From: Schmidtea polychroa
Lineage: Eukaryota
Direction: 5' to 3'
DNA: 64,000 bases
Assembly (NCBI GenBank): GCA_044892525.1
Contig: CM097885.1
Location: 35,094,001-35,158,000, forward strand
Part shown: positions 1-12,503 of the stretch, one piece after another
Numbering within the stretch: the first letter of the stretch is position 1
Layout: each line of letters starts with the position of its first letter
Program-made: the position numbers and the translations under genes
Notes under the pieces: generated by a model
Told to the model about the DNA's origin: nothing
Database searches by the model: none
The model's input: only the letters and a program-made list of their open reading frames with translations

Positions 1-1082
1 ATAGAATATAAATTTTTGAAATCTTCTAAACTTAATTGTGGTTCAACTTTAAAATCATAACATGTTTCAATATAATTTAGATATGGGAATATGTTTTCAT
101 TATTTTCAATATTAAATTCCATTCTATTTATTGGATAATAAGAACTATTTAATTGAATTTGTATTGATTTTAAATTATCATCTCCAATCTTTTGAATAAA
201 CAAGTTGTTATTTTTTTGGAAAGATGAATCTACTTCTTTGAATCCAATCAAGATATATCTTGGTCGGTATGCTAAATTTGCTACCTTTATAGAATATGTT
301 GAACCCTCTGTCATACTAAATTCACTACAGACTCTATTTAAATAATTTACATTTATAGATTTGTTGGAATTTAATCTTTCAAGGAGTTTAATTTCAGATT
401 GAGGATTTAAAGTGCATTCAGGTATATGTAATTCAAGTGTTGATAATTTTAATTTAGCTTTTGTATCTACACCTCCATAGAACAATTTCTTATCACCTTC
501 TAGTCTATTACAGGTTAATTTTATAAAAACATTATGAAGTATACGATTATAGTTTTGAAGGAATCCAAATAAGTGTTTTAATTCAAAATAACCTTCAAAT
601 TTTTTAGATTTATAAAGTTCAACTCTTTTATAATAACCATAATTTATATCTAAACCATCTTTATCTAAATCTCCTTTATTAGTATCAGGAATCCAACCTG
701 TTAATTCACCATATTCATTTTTATAATCACAACCAGTTAAAATAAAATTTAACATTGTAGAATATACTCCTGGATGTAAAACAGTTTCAATTTCTGATGA
801 TCCTAGTTTTAATCTCATGTTGGAGAATAAATTTGGAAAGAAATTATTTTCTAGGGTTATATCTTTGTTTGCTTCAATTTCTAATTCAATTTTATAATAT
901 AATTTAGCATTACAAATATCTATTGGGTTTGATGTTTGAAGAGATTGAAAAACTATATCTCCCCTACGATTTAAGTTTGCAATAGATCCCGAGGTTGGAG
1001 AGATTTTTAAAATATCAATTTTTTTAATTTCATGCATAAATTCTTTATTGTAATCAAGATTTAATTTATTTTTATTACTCAT
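1..1082 (-). CDS. Polinton/Maverick-adintovirus-type major capsid protein (double jelly-roll), 3'-incomplete at window edge
   Basis: ATG at 1082 opens 360 codons with no stop to the window edge (hence absent from the ORF track): MSNKNKLNLDYNKEF...ENNFFPNLFSNMRLKLGSSEIE...LKHLFGFLQNYNR...LELHIPECTLNP...RPRYILIGF...IQLNSSYYP...FKNLYS. The LFGF, RPRYxxIGF, LNxxYYP and FKxLYxI motifs are typical of this capsid family. Confidence 0.85.
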   Translation of the reverse strand, partial: MSNKNKLNLDYNKEFMHEIKKIDILKISPTSGSIANLNRRGDIVFQSLQTSNPIDICNAKLYYKIELEIEANKDITLENNFFPNLFSNMRLKLGSSEIETVLHPGVYSTMLNFILTGCDYKNEYGELTGWIPDTNKGDLDKDGLDINYGYYKRVELYKSKKFEGYFELKHLFGFLQNYNRILHNVFIKLTCNRLEGDKKLFYGGVDTKAKLKLSTLELHIPECTLNPQSEIKLLERLNSNKSINVNYLNRVCSEFSMTEGSTYSIKVANLAYRPRYILIGFKEVDSSFQKNNNLFIQKIGDDNLKSIQIQLNSSYYPINRMEFNIENNENIFPYLNYIETCYDFKVEPQLSLEDFKNLYS

Positions 1083-1802
1083 TTTTTATATTACTAAATT
1101 AGCAATTGCGCAGCTTGCTAGTTTTTAAGATTTAAAATTTTTAGAATTTTATAAATATAAAATTTTAAAAAATGACAAAAATCCGAACCCTAATAGCGCA
1201 GTGGGAATAGACTGGCACAGTGGTTCAAATGGATAGTGGTTCCCAACTGACATTATTTTTTTTCAACATAAAATAATATTAAAAATTTGAAAATAATTTT
1301 TGAAAATAATTTTGAAAATAGTGTGGGTATCTTGTATATTTTATTTTTTTATTAATTAATTAATTTTTAAACATAAATATGAAAAAAAAATTATTGAAAC
1401 GGGTGTGGTGGCGAACCGGTAATTATCGCCACCAGTCTTTCGAACACACCCGGATCGATCCCATAATGTGCACATTTATTTCTCAGTTGTTTTCGGACCT
1501 CTTTCGGATTCGCTTTCGAATTTATTTGTACTTTCGAGCAGCACGCTTAAAACAAAGAAGCGAATAATAAGGTGTGCTGCTATTATCAAATTGATTCTGA
1601 TGTATGAGTCTGGCCAGCTTGTATGTTGGAAGAGATTTGATAAACGAAAGAGGTTGAAATTGATCCGGATCAAAAAACTGTTGAGAGGACAGTGAAAAAA
1701 AAACAAATACTCTCAGTCCTCTCAGAGCAGTTTTACTATTTCATAAATTTTTTTATTCTTCAAGGCATCAAGATTAAGATTTAAAATTTTTATAGTTTTT
1801 TA

Positions 1803-2022
1803 TAGTAGTGGATGTATGGCCTTCACGGACGTAACCTTTTTCCGCGGTTCCCTGTCAAGGGGATGGGGGGATTACAGATTTGGGTTGGTAAATTAGGGGT
1901 TTTTATGAATAAAAGATGTAAAAATAAAGGGTTAAAAAGATGGAAATGTTTAAAATTTATTAGGTTTTGAGACGGGCGTCCGAGGGTGGGTTGGGTCCGT
2001 GAAGGCCATACATCCACTACTA
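1803..2022. mobile_element. 220-bp miniature inverted-repeat element with (T)AGTAGT...ACTACT(A) ends
   Basis: Perfect inverted repeat atagtagtggatgtatggccttcacggac (1802-1830) / gtccgtgaaggccatacatccactactat (1995-2023). No clean TSD beyond a possible TA. Confidence 0.75.
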
Positions 2023-2171
2023 TCACGTCATTTTGTATTATAGTCATTCTAAAGTTATCAATTATGATTTCAGGTCAAGTACTAAGATCATTGATATAGA
2101 CATATTCTTTTTCTTCGCTTTGCTGATTTTTTTGAAATTTCGATCCCCAACACAGTTCCTCTTCTTCTTTA

Positions 2172-3108
2172 GGTAAAAGCCCGATATAGCGTCGGTAATT
2201 ATTTACATCAAAATAAACCACTAAAAAGTGACAGTACACCCAAACAAGCTTTATTCACATCAAAATACACTCAAACGGATATTTATCCATAAGCGTAATT
2301 AAGAAGTTTGGAAACAAGTCTGTGCGTCGAAATTGGTTACGATACGCAAATTCTTGCAGATATGACGGAAACAACACGCGACTTGTTCCAAATTGTCTTT
2401 TCAACTTCCTCTTCGCCCTCATCCACATGTTCTCGATGTTCTGAGTATGCACTTCGGAGTCATTAGGATCGACGAAGTTACGTTGGTGCACAACAACGGA
2501 ATGCTCATATATTCCATGTCTGATTTGATCTATATTTGCATATGCAGCCCACCCATCAGACATTATATGTGTCCCTTGCAAAATGTGAGCTTCTATACAG
2601 GTTTGCAACGTCCCTGCCCGCCTGTCTTGCACTTCCAACAGGAAGCACCGGCCACTTTCTCGTTCAATTCCTCCGAAAACCCAGTGGCCATCACGCCACT
2701 GGCCACGGTGATATTTCCTGTGAAAATATTTTGTTTCATCTATTTCCACAATTATAGATTGTCCATTGACGTCTATTCCACCAATTTCGGGCGCACTGCG
2801 TTCCAGCCATGTTGCACACTCTTCGCGCATGTAGTTGCACCAATCAATTACTAGGTTTTTGGCAACATCAGCCTCGTGCTGCATCTGCATCTGCGGCATA
2901 TCATACGACCAGCAATAAACGAGGACAACAATTTGTTCTAATGATAATTGACTGCGTGCAAAGAAGGATTTGTTTCGCACCGATACACGGTAACCACAAC
3001 GGTCGCATGCCCATAAAAATTAAATCCATATGAAATCCATATGAAGTAGCTATCTTTTGTGGTATATTTTGATGTAAATAATTACCGACGCTATATCGGG
3101 CTTTTACC
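2172..3108 (-). mobile_element. Merlin (IS1016/IS1595-like) DNA transposon, internally deleted
   Basis: 44-bp perfect TIRs ggtaaaagcccgatatagcgtcggtaattatttacatcaaaata (2172-2215 and 3065-3108) flank an ISXO2-type transposase. No matching TSD seen. Confidence 0.9.
2255..2980 (-). CDS. ISXO2-like DDE transposase (Merlin), N-terminally truncated
   Basis: Motifs VEIDET, WVFGGIER, IMSDGWAAY, VHTQNIENMW, YLQEF. The frame extends upstream only to WACDRC (half a zinc ribbon) and then hits a stop, with no ATG. Confidence 0.9.
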   Translation of the reverse strand: MRNKSFFARSQLSLEQIVVLVYCWSYDMPQMQMQHEADVAKNLVIDWCNYMREECATWLERSAPEIGGIDVNGQSIIVEIDETKYFHRKYHRGQWRDGHWVFGGIERESGRCFLLEVQDRRAGTLQTCIEAHILQGTHIMSDGWAAYANIDQIRHGIYEHSVVVHQRNFVDPNDSEVHTQNIENMWMRAKRKLKRQFGTSRVLFPSYLQEFAYRNQFRRTDLFPNFLITLMDKYPFECILM

Positions 3109-3489
3109 GAAGAGAGCTGCCTTTATCAAAATTGTTTTCATGAATGTTACAAGGTATGATTGTGCAATCACGATTTTTATAATTTCTTTATTAAATATTC
3201 GGTAATAAATATTATTAATCAATATAATCAATGTACGTTTCAATAAATATATTTTCAAATTATGTACACTAATGTCAATGAAAAAATACTTTACACTAAT
3301 AAAAAAATTAAATTAAAATAACTGTTTGATTTTTTTTTTGATTTGAATACAATTACCTACTTATTTTTAAATATTCTAAAGGTCTAAAAGCACTTGCAAA
3401 TACAGCATATAATATGGATAGTTTTATTGGATGAGTTTTTTTTGAATTATTTGTACCTATGAGTATGTATGTATATATATAATCATAGC

Positions 3490-3654
<165 letters not shown>

Positions 3655-4040
3655 TTAATTAGTACAGATAGATGAGAAATAACAGAATAACATATCAGTA
3701 GATGGATTGGCCACCACTGAATCAAGTACCCCCATCCGGGGGTATTAATTTTTTTTCTATAATTCCTAGTATATTTTGTAGTATTTTATGGACGGTCAAA
3801 ATTACTATAATCACGCAGGTATCCTGTTAATCAACAAATTTTATTAATCTGTAATTGTTAATTATTCATTAACATTGCCCATATCTTTATTAATCATGTC
3901 TTTTGTTAATCTCACATCTGTATTTATTCCGATTTGGATTGGCTAAATGTGTTATAAATTATCCAACACTTCAAAATTATATATTAATTTATTAAACGAG
4001 TTGGTCAGTCATAATCAGAACAACGATCAGCCTCTAATAC

Positions 4041-4880
4041 ATGGTCAATTGCACAGAGAAGCTAATAGAAGCTACATCTCTGGAATATCAATTAATTTTA
4101 AATTTAGAGACATTAGAGCAAAATAGAAAATCTTTCAAATCAATATTTGATCTATTGTTTGATTATCAAACTAAATGGACTCGAGTAATCATCGGGTTCG
4201 TGTACATGAAAAATATCATAATTAAATCCGGCTCAGACTATGAAAACTATTTTCAATAATCAATTGAGTATTTAATACTTTGGTAATTTTTATTTAGAAA
4301 TTTTAATCAACTTTTTATTCAAAAATTAGAGGAAATATCTGGTGTAAATATTAGAGAAATAATGACTGTTTCAGAAGGATTGAATCAAGAATCTTTAGGA
4401 ATAATTGAAGATTTTCAAGTTAATGAAGAAATTTTGTCAGATGTTGATGAAACTGTAAATGAACCTAAACATGAAGACAATGAACAACATGAATGTAATG
4501 ATTTTCTGGATTGTACTGATTGTTCTAGGGGTAATTCGGTAGTACTGTAAAATTTAATTAACATTAAAGAAATAATTGGAAACGAAAATAAGTATTCAGT
4601 ATAAACTTGGGTTTCGGAGTATAATTTGAGAAACTCACGGGAGTCCATATGAGCATTCGATAGGGTGTTTAGATGAATTATGAAATTGATTTAAAATCCA
4701 AAATGTTCATGATATAAACAATAAGAGTACAAACAAAACTCAAAACAATCAAAAGCCACATAGCTTTTTATTAATAAGAGCGCCGTTTATGGTGAACATG
4801 AAAAAGGTGCAATAGTGTACTATGTAGAGAATGCGTTAGAATCAGCTTGTTAAAGGTTATCAAAATGTAAGATTATTGTG
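4041..4880 (+). pseudogene. Decayed retroelement-like coding fragment: Bcl-2-like segment followed by integrase zinc-finger-like remnants
   Basis: SFKSIFDLLFDYQTKWTRVIIGFVY resembles BH1 (F..V..ELF.DG.NWGRIVALF). Downstream ETHGSPYEH and KKVQ*CTM resemble the Gypsy integrase HHCC region. Multiple stops. Confidence 0.35.
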
Positions 4881-5710
4881 GTTGATATAACTTCATTTAA
4901 GAATAAAAATAAGTTGTTTTAAAGGTCAAATTTTAATAAGAAAGGTTTATAGAGATATTTAAAGTTCATAAATTAAGGAGTAAGCTCAATTTAGACTCAT
5001 TTAAGTGTCAACAAAGCCTTCCTGTTGACTAATAAATACAACAACCTTTTACTCAATTTTTGCACAGATGTATTTTGTTATTAGAAACCTTTGTCAAGTT
5101 TTCCCTTGTTTAAAACACTTTAGGCCACCAAAAGTTTATACAATCGTATATCATTCTACCCATCTCTATATAATGTTAACATTTTGTTCGGTCTATTTTT
5201 CACTTGTTTTTTTCTTGTGCGCTTATTTATATTCATTTTGCTAGAAATTCAAGAAGAGAATTTATTTTTCCTTTTCTAAAACATTCATTTAATATATAAT
5301 GAAATTATAACTATTTTGTAACTGACAGTCAATGGGCTTCGGTAATTATTTCATTTTTAATAATTATAAGATTTAATAAAATAATTTCATTTTGCAGAAA
5401 AATTTTCAAGTTATTTTTTAAAATATATTTTTGACAAATCCATTAACATTTTATTTAATTTATTACAACACATTTTCCCTTCAATTTAACACAAACATGC
5501 AAAAGAATTTTTATTTATAGTCATATCGAAAATAAATGAAATGTTAAAAGAAGCAATATTGATCAAATGCGATCAGAAAAATAAATGATTTTACTCATAT
5601 ACATTAATAAGTAAAAAGTTTTGTTACCGATTTGAAGTGGTCATTTTATTTTCCGTTGCCCTTTTGACTCTTGGTAGTTGTATAAATGAAATAACAAAAA
5701 TCATCTATAT

Positions 5711-6492
5711 TGTTGGGTAAACAATCCAACACAAAAATCTTTATTTGAGACTAATACAGTTACACTTTTGGTTACAATGTTTATTAAATCAACCACACTT
5801 GATACAACCCTTTTTTGGTCTGCACTTTTCAATACAACTACAAATCTTACGCAGGGATAAATCTTCCAACGGGAGATGTCCCTTTCTGGTACGTTCGATT
5901 TAAATTATTCAAATGATGCTAACTTCAAAGCTTTCTTTGTCACTCTCGCTAAACTTCTTGTTTTCTTTTTCTTCGACCAACTGCCAATTCTGTTAACTCG
6001 CCGGTCGCTTTTATACCCATTCTATAATTGATTTTACTTTTTCAAATTTGTCTGGATCCAAGCCCCCATCCCCACCGGGCATCCTTTTGTCGCTCGAATT
6101 GCTTTGAGGAATTTACCAGTCTCCTTTGACGGTTCACCCCAATTTAATTTTAGTTGGCTGATTAATTTGCCTTTCCTAATTTGATTGATAACTCAGGTTT
6201 TCCATTGTCTCAGGTTTCCCATAAGCTCGGGCTCTCCATCAGTTAATTAATTTTTAATTGCTTTTTTTTGTAATTTATTCCTTCTATGGACGCCCCATTG
6301 ATTTTATTTTATTATAGTTGAACTCGTCTCATTATTCGATATCCGCCCATACCAGTTTCCCCCGGAAAATATTCATTTTTAATTTTTGATTTTTTAAAAA
6401 TTAATATTTTGTACTTTAAATTATTATTGTGAATTTGGTGTTTTAATTGATTTTTCACTTCATTTCTGCACCTCTCTTGTTGAACCCCAACA
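5711..6492 (-). mobile_element. Solo LTR (Gypsy-like)
   Basis: Ends TGTTGGG...CCCAACA, 4-bp TSD ATAT on both sides (5707-5710, 6493-6496). TATA-like and polyA-like motifs lie on the minus strand. Confidence 0.85.
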
Positions 6493-7136
6493 ATATATTA
6501 AAAAATTTGCGGAATGGAATCAGAATAATATGAACCGAATGATACTTTTAGCACCTCCTCCCAAAAGAAAACGATTTATTGTTCGCATTACTTTACAAAA
6601 CCTTGTTTTGCCGATCTTAGAGAGCAATAGGAAGAAGACGATTATAACTTTGGAATTACTTTAGATTATTTGCAACATTATGCGCTATCCAAATTCAGGG
6701 AAAAGGTACATATAGAAAATACATTATTTCCCATGTGACAGCACTTATCCAAATTCTATTGCAACAATTTTAGAACATTATATCAAAAGTCTGGAAAAAT
6801 GAATTAAATTTTAAATGTTTTAAATATCTTCTGGGAAAATAATCTTCTCAATTACTTAATAACATGAAGATAAAATTATGTAAGACAGTTTGAACATTAT
6901 TTTCTAAAATGTTTGATAGGAAAAATTATAGTCAATTTAACTAATTTTTGTACAATTTTATTTTAAAGTAATGAAGAAAAAAAATTCATCTAAGAAGAAT
7001 TTTTTAATTGAGCAAAACTTTGATTATGTAAATTCAAGGAAAAATATTTATACCAACTGGAAAATTCAAAATTAAATTAATTTATTCAATTATTATTTTT
7101 CTAAATAACTTCTTTTGTAAATAGAATAGATTCTAT

Positions 7137-7140
<4 letters not shown>

Positions 7141-7203
<63 letters not shown>
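7141..7203. repeat. (AAT/ATT)n microsatellite (one of many)
   Basis: Further tracts at ~13700-13790, 15290-15430, 19268-19443, 23853-24115, 25014-25170, 25892-25960, 27712-27875, 28614-28720, 43290-43420 and 46481-46585. Confidence 0.98.
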
Positions 7204-7204
<1 letters not shown>

Positions 7205-8833
7205 TAAAGTAATGATTTCCTGGTAGCAACATTAATTGAATGTTAAACAAGTAAATAATAATATGAGCCTTTTTGTGGCAAAGTATATATCGAATAAAAT
7301 GAAATAATTTTCAACTATAACATTAATCCTTATTAATTTCTGAGAATTTAAAATTTACTGTAAAACTCAAAATAAAAGAATATAAAATAATAATTATTAA
7401 TTATTAATTATTATTATAAATTTATTTAAATTAAAATATTGACAAATTAGATTTTACTAAATTTATTTTTCTAAAAGATTTGTTTGATTCAATAATTATA
7501 TATTTTTTGGAAAAATATTAAGTCAAGAATGAGAAAAGGAAAAAGAAGATTCAGTTTGAATAGAAGAGAGACAGAAAAGCAGTTAAATTTTATATTGAAG
7601 TGAACAAGATTTATTTTAGGTCAAAATACTTTCAATTAATAAACATTAAAAAATGTCTTACCTGTGAATTTAATTAAATTATCTTAACCATAATCATAAT
7701 AATTATAAGTAATAATAATTATAAAAATATTATCTAAAACTTCTAAAATTTACCATAAATAATTGCATTTTTCATTTATTCAACCGTTAAATAATAATTT
7801 ATTCTGAACTCTTCAATGAAAATAATAATTAATAAAAAGAAATATTAATGAGAAATCTAATAAAAAAATCTTTGACTTCATCAAATCGAAATTAACTTCA
7901 TCATAATTTGCAGAATTAATTAAGAATTATAAATTTAATAATTAATTGATTATTGTCTCATGGAGAATTTCTATGATGGAATTTTTAATGAGTAAATTAT
8001 TCCATTTTTTGTCGTTGTTCATTTTATGACAGCCTTAAACGGCATCAAATCTATTATAAATATTCCAGTGCAAAAATATATTTAAAATTATCTATTGAAT
8101 TTATCATTTTTCAATTGTATTTTACTATAGGGCTTTTTTTACGTGGAGTGTGCAAACAAAAATGTTTTTCAAGTTGAAAGTAGAAACAGGAACAACCGCG
8201 CCTCAAACATTTGTTGCTCTTGGAAGAATTAGACGTAACTTCAGAAAGATAAGAATAATTGGGGATCTCTAGACTATTTAATTAATAAATTGATAAAAAC
8301 AAATCAATTTAAATAAAAAACAAAATCCCCGAGTTTGACTGTCATAATGGAAGCCTATCAAGTTAAAACGGAATTATATAATATAAATATTTTGGCTAAT
8401 CATGAAAAAATAATTTAGTTTGAAAAAAAGCGATGAAGAGAGCCTTATAAAGGGATCAAGAAAATAGGCAAAATTTTAAAATAGAAGAAGAAACAGAGCG
8501 AACAAACATTTAAACGAGAATTAAAATTTTAATAAAAAGGAGATAAAGGTGAATGTTTCTCAAAACTAAATTTGATTCGTTTTCTGCATTAGGTGGTTTC
8601 CCTTAGGGCTCCTTGCCTCTAATATCAAGCAGAATGTTTTATTATACCAATGAAAATTGGACCAATTTTAAATCTGTCACAAAATTTAAATTTATTGTGT
8701 AATTTTCTTTTTCTGATTGAGAACACGAGGAGTTGGATTACAATCTTTGTCCTTCCGAAAAATAATTAAATAAATGATAATATCAAAAAACGGAATTGAG
8801 TGTTTTATATGTCCCAAATGTAAGACACTATAC

Positions 8834-9130
8834 CAGAGGTACGCAAACTATGTGCCATGGCATATTAGTGTGCCGTAAAAGAATTTAAAATGTGCCGCTA
8901 ATGCGAAAATATTTAGTACGAAAATATTTTTTTTAGTTTTAACAAAAATCGAACCACGTATAAAATTTATTTGCGACAAAAAACAAGCGCACTCATCCCA
9001 TTAAATAAAATATATACATGTAATTTCATTTTATTAAAAAAATTCTATATAAAAGATACATTCTTTCTATTTGTGCCTTGACTTTTTTTTTCTATTTTGT
9101 GCCGGGAGGTAAAAAGTTTGCGTACCACTG
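8834..9130. mobile_element. hAT (Buster/Charlie-type) MITE
   Basis: TIRs cagaggtacgcaaact / agtttgcgtaccactg, perfect 8-bp TSD CACTATAC (central TA). Confidence 0.92.
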
Positions 9131-10114
9131 CACTATACATTTAAATCAGTTTTCTTCAAATAAGAAGGAACTGTTTAGGAAAATCTTTAATAGGCAAACT
9201 CTTAATATAATTAATAATAACAATTAAAGGCATGCAGAAAATAAAAATGATGTTGTCGATACTAAAATTATTAAAAAGGAAATTTTAGTTATAAGTGATG
9301 TTGATTCTCATCGTATACCTATTAATCAAGTAGGATGGTATTTACATGTAGATGATGATCTTATTATAACTATCGAGTTTCAAGGTGCTCGAATAAATAT
9401 ACGATTTGATGTTTGAAGTCAGTGATTTTCCAAGTATTTTTTATATACAAAATTTATTTCTATAATAAAGTGGTGTAAACTTCATATTTCTATGTACCTT
9501 CTATTTCTATAACCTAAGATTTCTAGGTATTTTATTAAAGCTTTTGTTCATTGTCCCACCATGTGTTGAAGAATATGAATTTCTATAATATAAGCTTATC
9601 TATGTTTGATAATATATGAAAGTTCTTATATTACGGTATTTGATGCGGACACCATAAACACCATAAACTTTCGTGAACTACATAAAATTTTGCGCCGATC
9701 TAGATATTTTCCAAGGGGTGGTGTGGATGGAACACTACCATCTACCAGTAGCTGAAGAAAAAATATGAACTTTGGGTTTAAAATTTAAAAAAAATTTTAA
9801 ACCTAAACATTATACCAAGAATATGAATACAATTACATTAGTTCTTTAGGAGAATTTTAACACAAGCATTGAATTGATTAAAACAAAAATTATTTAAAAA
9901 TTTATAAATAATGGTTTTGATTTTTAATATTTATTATTTTTTTTAAATTTGTATGTTTAATTATTCAAAAACTTTAAAAACATTATTTCTTTAATATTTT
10001 AATTTCTATTTATAAATAAATTACTATTAAATTACAACATTAATTTTGTATAGAGTATATTTAATTTTTGTTATTTTTTCTGGATTCTCTGAATTTCCTT
10101 AAAATTACATAAAT

Positions 10115-10310
10115 GTATAAATATATAATATAAAAATATAATATAAATATATAATATAAATATATAATATAAATATATAATATAAATATATAATATAAAT
10201 ATATAATATAAATATATAATATAAATATATAATATAAATATATAATATAAATATATAATATAAATATATAATATAAATATATAATATAAATATATAATAT
10301 AAATATATAA
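10115..10310. repeat. 13-bp AT-only minisatellite (ATAAATATATAAT)n
   Basis: Direct tandem array just downstream of the host gene stop codon. Confidence 0.95.
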
Positions 10311-10401
10311 CAATAACTAGCATATAAACAATAATTATATATTTGAATATTAATAATTTAAATTCAAAATTTTATTATAATAATAAATCAAAATTCCAAA
10401 A

Positions 10402-10777
10402 TTAATTTTTATCTATAATTTTGTGGACAATAACTTTCGGGATGTTTAGTTCTTTAGGTGAAGGAGAAATAATTTTGTTGATATTATTTGGACCGTTTTG
10501 ATTTGGGAAAAATCTTAAATAACTTGGAGATGGAGATTCATCTAAGCCGGTTTGTCTGTGATTTTGATAACGAGAAATATTTTCTTGATCTATCATATTA
10601 GGCGGCTCATCTTTTATTTGAAGTATAACTATCCAAATACAAACTCCCGTCGCAACTCCCATTAATGAGCTTTGAAGAATGAAATAATCTTTGAGAGCTG
10701 AAAACACATAACGGCAAGTCACTTCTGCATATTCTCGTTCGAACTTTAGTAGTGAAAAATTCCCATATGGAGCAGTT
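10402..10777 (-). CDS. Sarcospan/CD20-like four-TM protein, exon 4 (last)
   Basis: Acceptor ttttctag at 10778. Phase-2 join gives K-TAPYGNF...YAEVTCRYVFSALKDYFILQSSLMGVATGVCIWIVIL (TM4)...stop at 10402. Confidence 0.8.
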
Positions 10778-10888
10778 CTAGAAAAAAAAATTGTGTTACA
10801 AAATACATTGAAAACTATAATAAATTAGATATAGAAAGAAGACGTTCCTAGATAAAAGGTTACTTAATTAAGTATTCAACATGCATAT

Positions 10889-11742
10889 TGTTGAGGATAC
10901 CTAAATAATAAAATCAAATAGTTATTAAATGAATAAAATAATGAGTAATGAGGGAAAATCTATGGAATGGAGTATCGGCTGTTACAAAATTATTAGAAAC
11001 AAAACTGAGAAAAATAAATTAAAGAATGAAACACGATAAAGTGCAAATTAGAAATGAAAAACAAAAACAAAAAAGAATTTCAGGAATGGAATTTAGCTTG
11101 TCTGAAATAATAATTGTATCAGCGGAGAAGTAAAATAAATAATATTTCTTAAAATTATATTTCTCAACAGGTGTCAGAGATAATAGAAGAACGTTTGAAG
11201 AATCAAAAGAATATGCTATTAGTAAAAATAATCATTTGCAAATGTTATTGGATGGTAGACTTGAAAGGCAAAACAAAATTGGGAGACACAACCTGTAAAA
11301 TAAAGGGCGGCACAATTTGTAAAAACGAAAAGATGGAGAAAACAGACTAAAAAAAATTATGAAATTATTGAAAAAGATTGTCAGATCGAAAGTGAAATTT
11401 AAACAAATTATTAAAATTATTAATCACAAGTATTTAGAAATCCTAAGTTAAAGCTTGGAAAGTAACTAAATCGATTCTACCGATAGTCAAAATAAGAAAC
11501 AGTAATTAAATAGTTGTGGATTTTGAGTTGTGTTACAAGACGTGCTATTCCTACAAAAGGGTTGCAATAACCACTCAAAGTCATTGTTCTAATATTGAAT
11601 TATTGAAGTTGCTGTAAATTGGTAATCAATTGTGTTGATCAATTAAGGTTTATATTGTCTGAAATTCGTTATTACTGCTAACCAAAACACGCTTTGGTGT
11701 CAGACCAATAATTGTTGATTTCATATTGAACTGACAACCACA
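10889..11742 (+). mobile_element. Solo LTR, same family as 52013-53008
   Basis: Starts tgttgaggatacctaaataa as at 52013 and shares gtgctattcct...ttgcaataa and acacgct..gg.gtcaga blocks. Right end approximate. Confidence 0.75.
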
Positions 11743-11759
11743 ATAAATACATATAATTT

Positions 11760-11899
11760 AAAATATATAAATTAAAAACTTAAAAAAATTAAAATTAAAA
11801 AATAATTAGGGAGAGTCTCTGAAAAAATTTTAAAAAAGTAGGGGGAGTATCTAGATCTGGAATGCACATGGATCTGGAGTGCACAATACTACCTACTAT
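11760..11899 (-). mobile_element. Possible Polinton-like terminus fragment
   Basis: Minus strand reads tagtaggtagtattgtgcactccag...tactcccccta, resembling tagtagtgggatatgtcacctccagtacaccccccta at 49765. Confidence 0.35.
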
Positions 11900-12398
11900 A
11901 ATGTCAATTGAAAAGAAATCAGGGGTGAAAATCGAAAGAATTTCTTATAATATTTAATATTTTAAAAATATTTCATTTATGTAATTTTTTATTCTGTAAA
12001 TTTTGAAAGAATTTCAAATTTTTAAAATAACAATTTTTTTGATAAATAAATAGTTAATCATACATAGTAAAGATTTAATTATAAGAAAGCGCTGTAGTGC
12101 CTCTGACTGATTTTTATTAATTTACTTTCACTTTTTACGAAAATCATTATCAAATTCAATTTAAAAAATCATCAAATTCAAACAAGTCTAAAGAAGTAAC
12201 TGAAGTTGTCACTGAAGTCGAACAAGTTGAAGAAGTTGAAGAATCATCAAATCGAATCAAAATCAATGGATCAAATATGTCCGAAATACTGGAAACAGAA
12301 ACCTTCATCTTATTCACAATGATATCTCTGATGATGTTCAAGTTCTTCAACAATGTTAATTACAATAAATTATTTGTTCAAGTTAATTGTATGTCTGT

Positions 12399-12503
12399 GC
12401 AAGCGCCACTCAAACATTCGTTTTATTATAGATTTAGACAGTTTGATGATGAAAGGAAAACTGCCAAAATATATCGTAATACGAATGTTTGAATGGCGCT
12501 TGC
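12399..12503. repeat. 105-bp foldback / MITE-like inverted repeat
   Basis: 23-bp arms gcaagcgccactcaaacattcgt / acgaatgtttgaatggcgcttgc, one mismatch. Confidence 0.75.

Noticed and set aside
1100..1125. Helitron 3' end (small hairpin plus CTAGT)
   Set aside because: The hairpin overlaps the CTAG and no 5' end or Rep/helicase evidence was found.
2393..3033. Plus-strand ORFs overlapping the Merlin transposase
   Set aside because: Antisense shadows of a GC-richer coding region. The same applies to plus-strand ORFs over gag and Ubl at 51.3-54.4 kb.
9140..9790. Decayed coding-like stretch, possibly a further Polinton gene
   Set aside because: No recognisable motif; cannot assign by eye.
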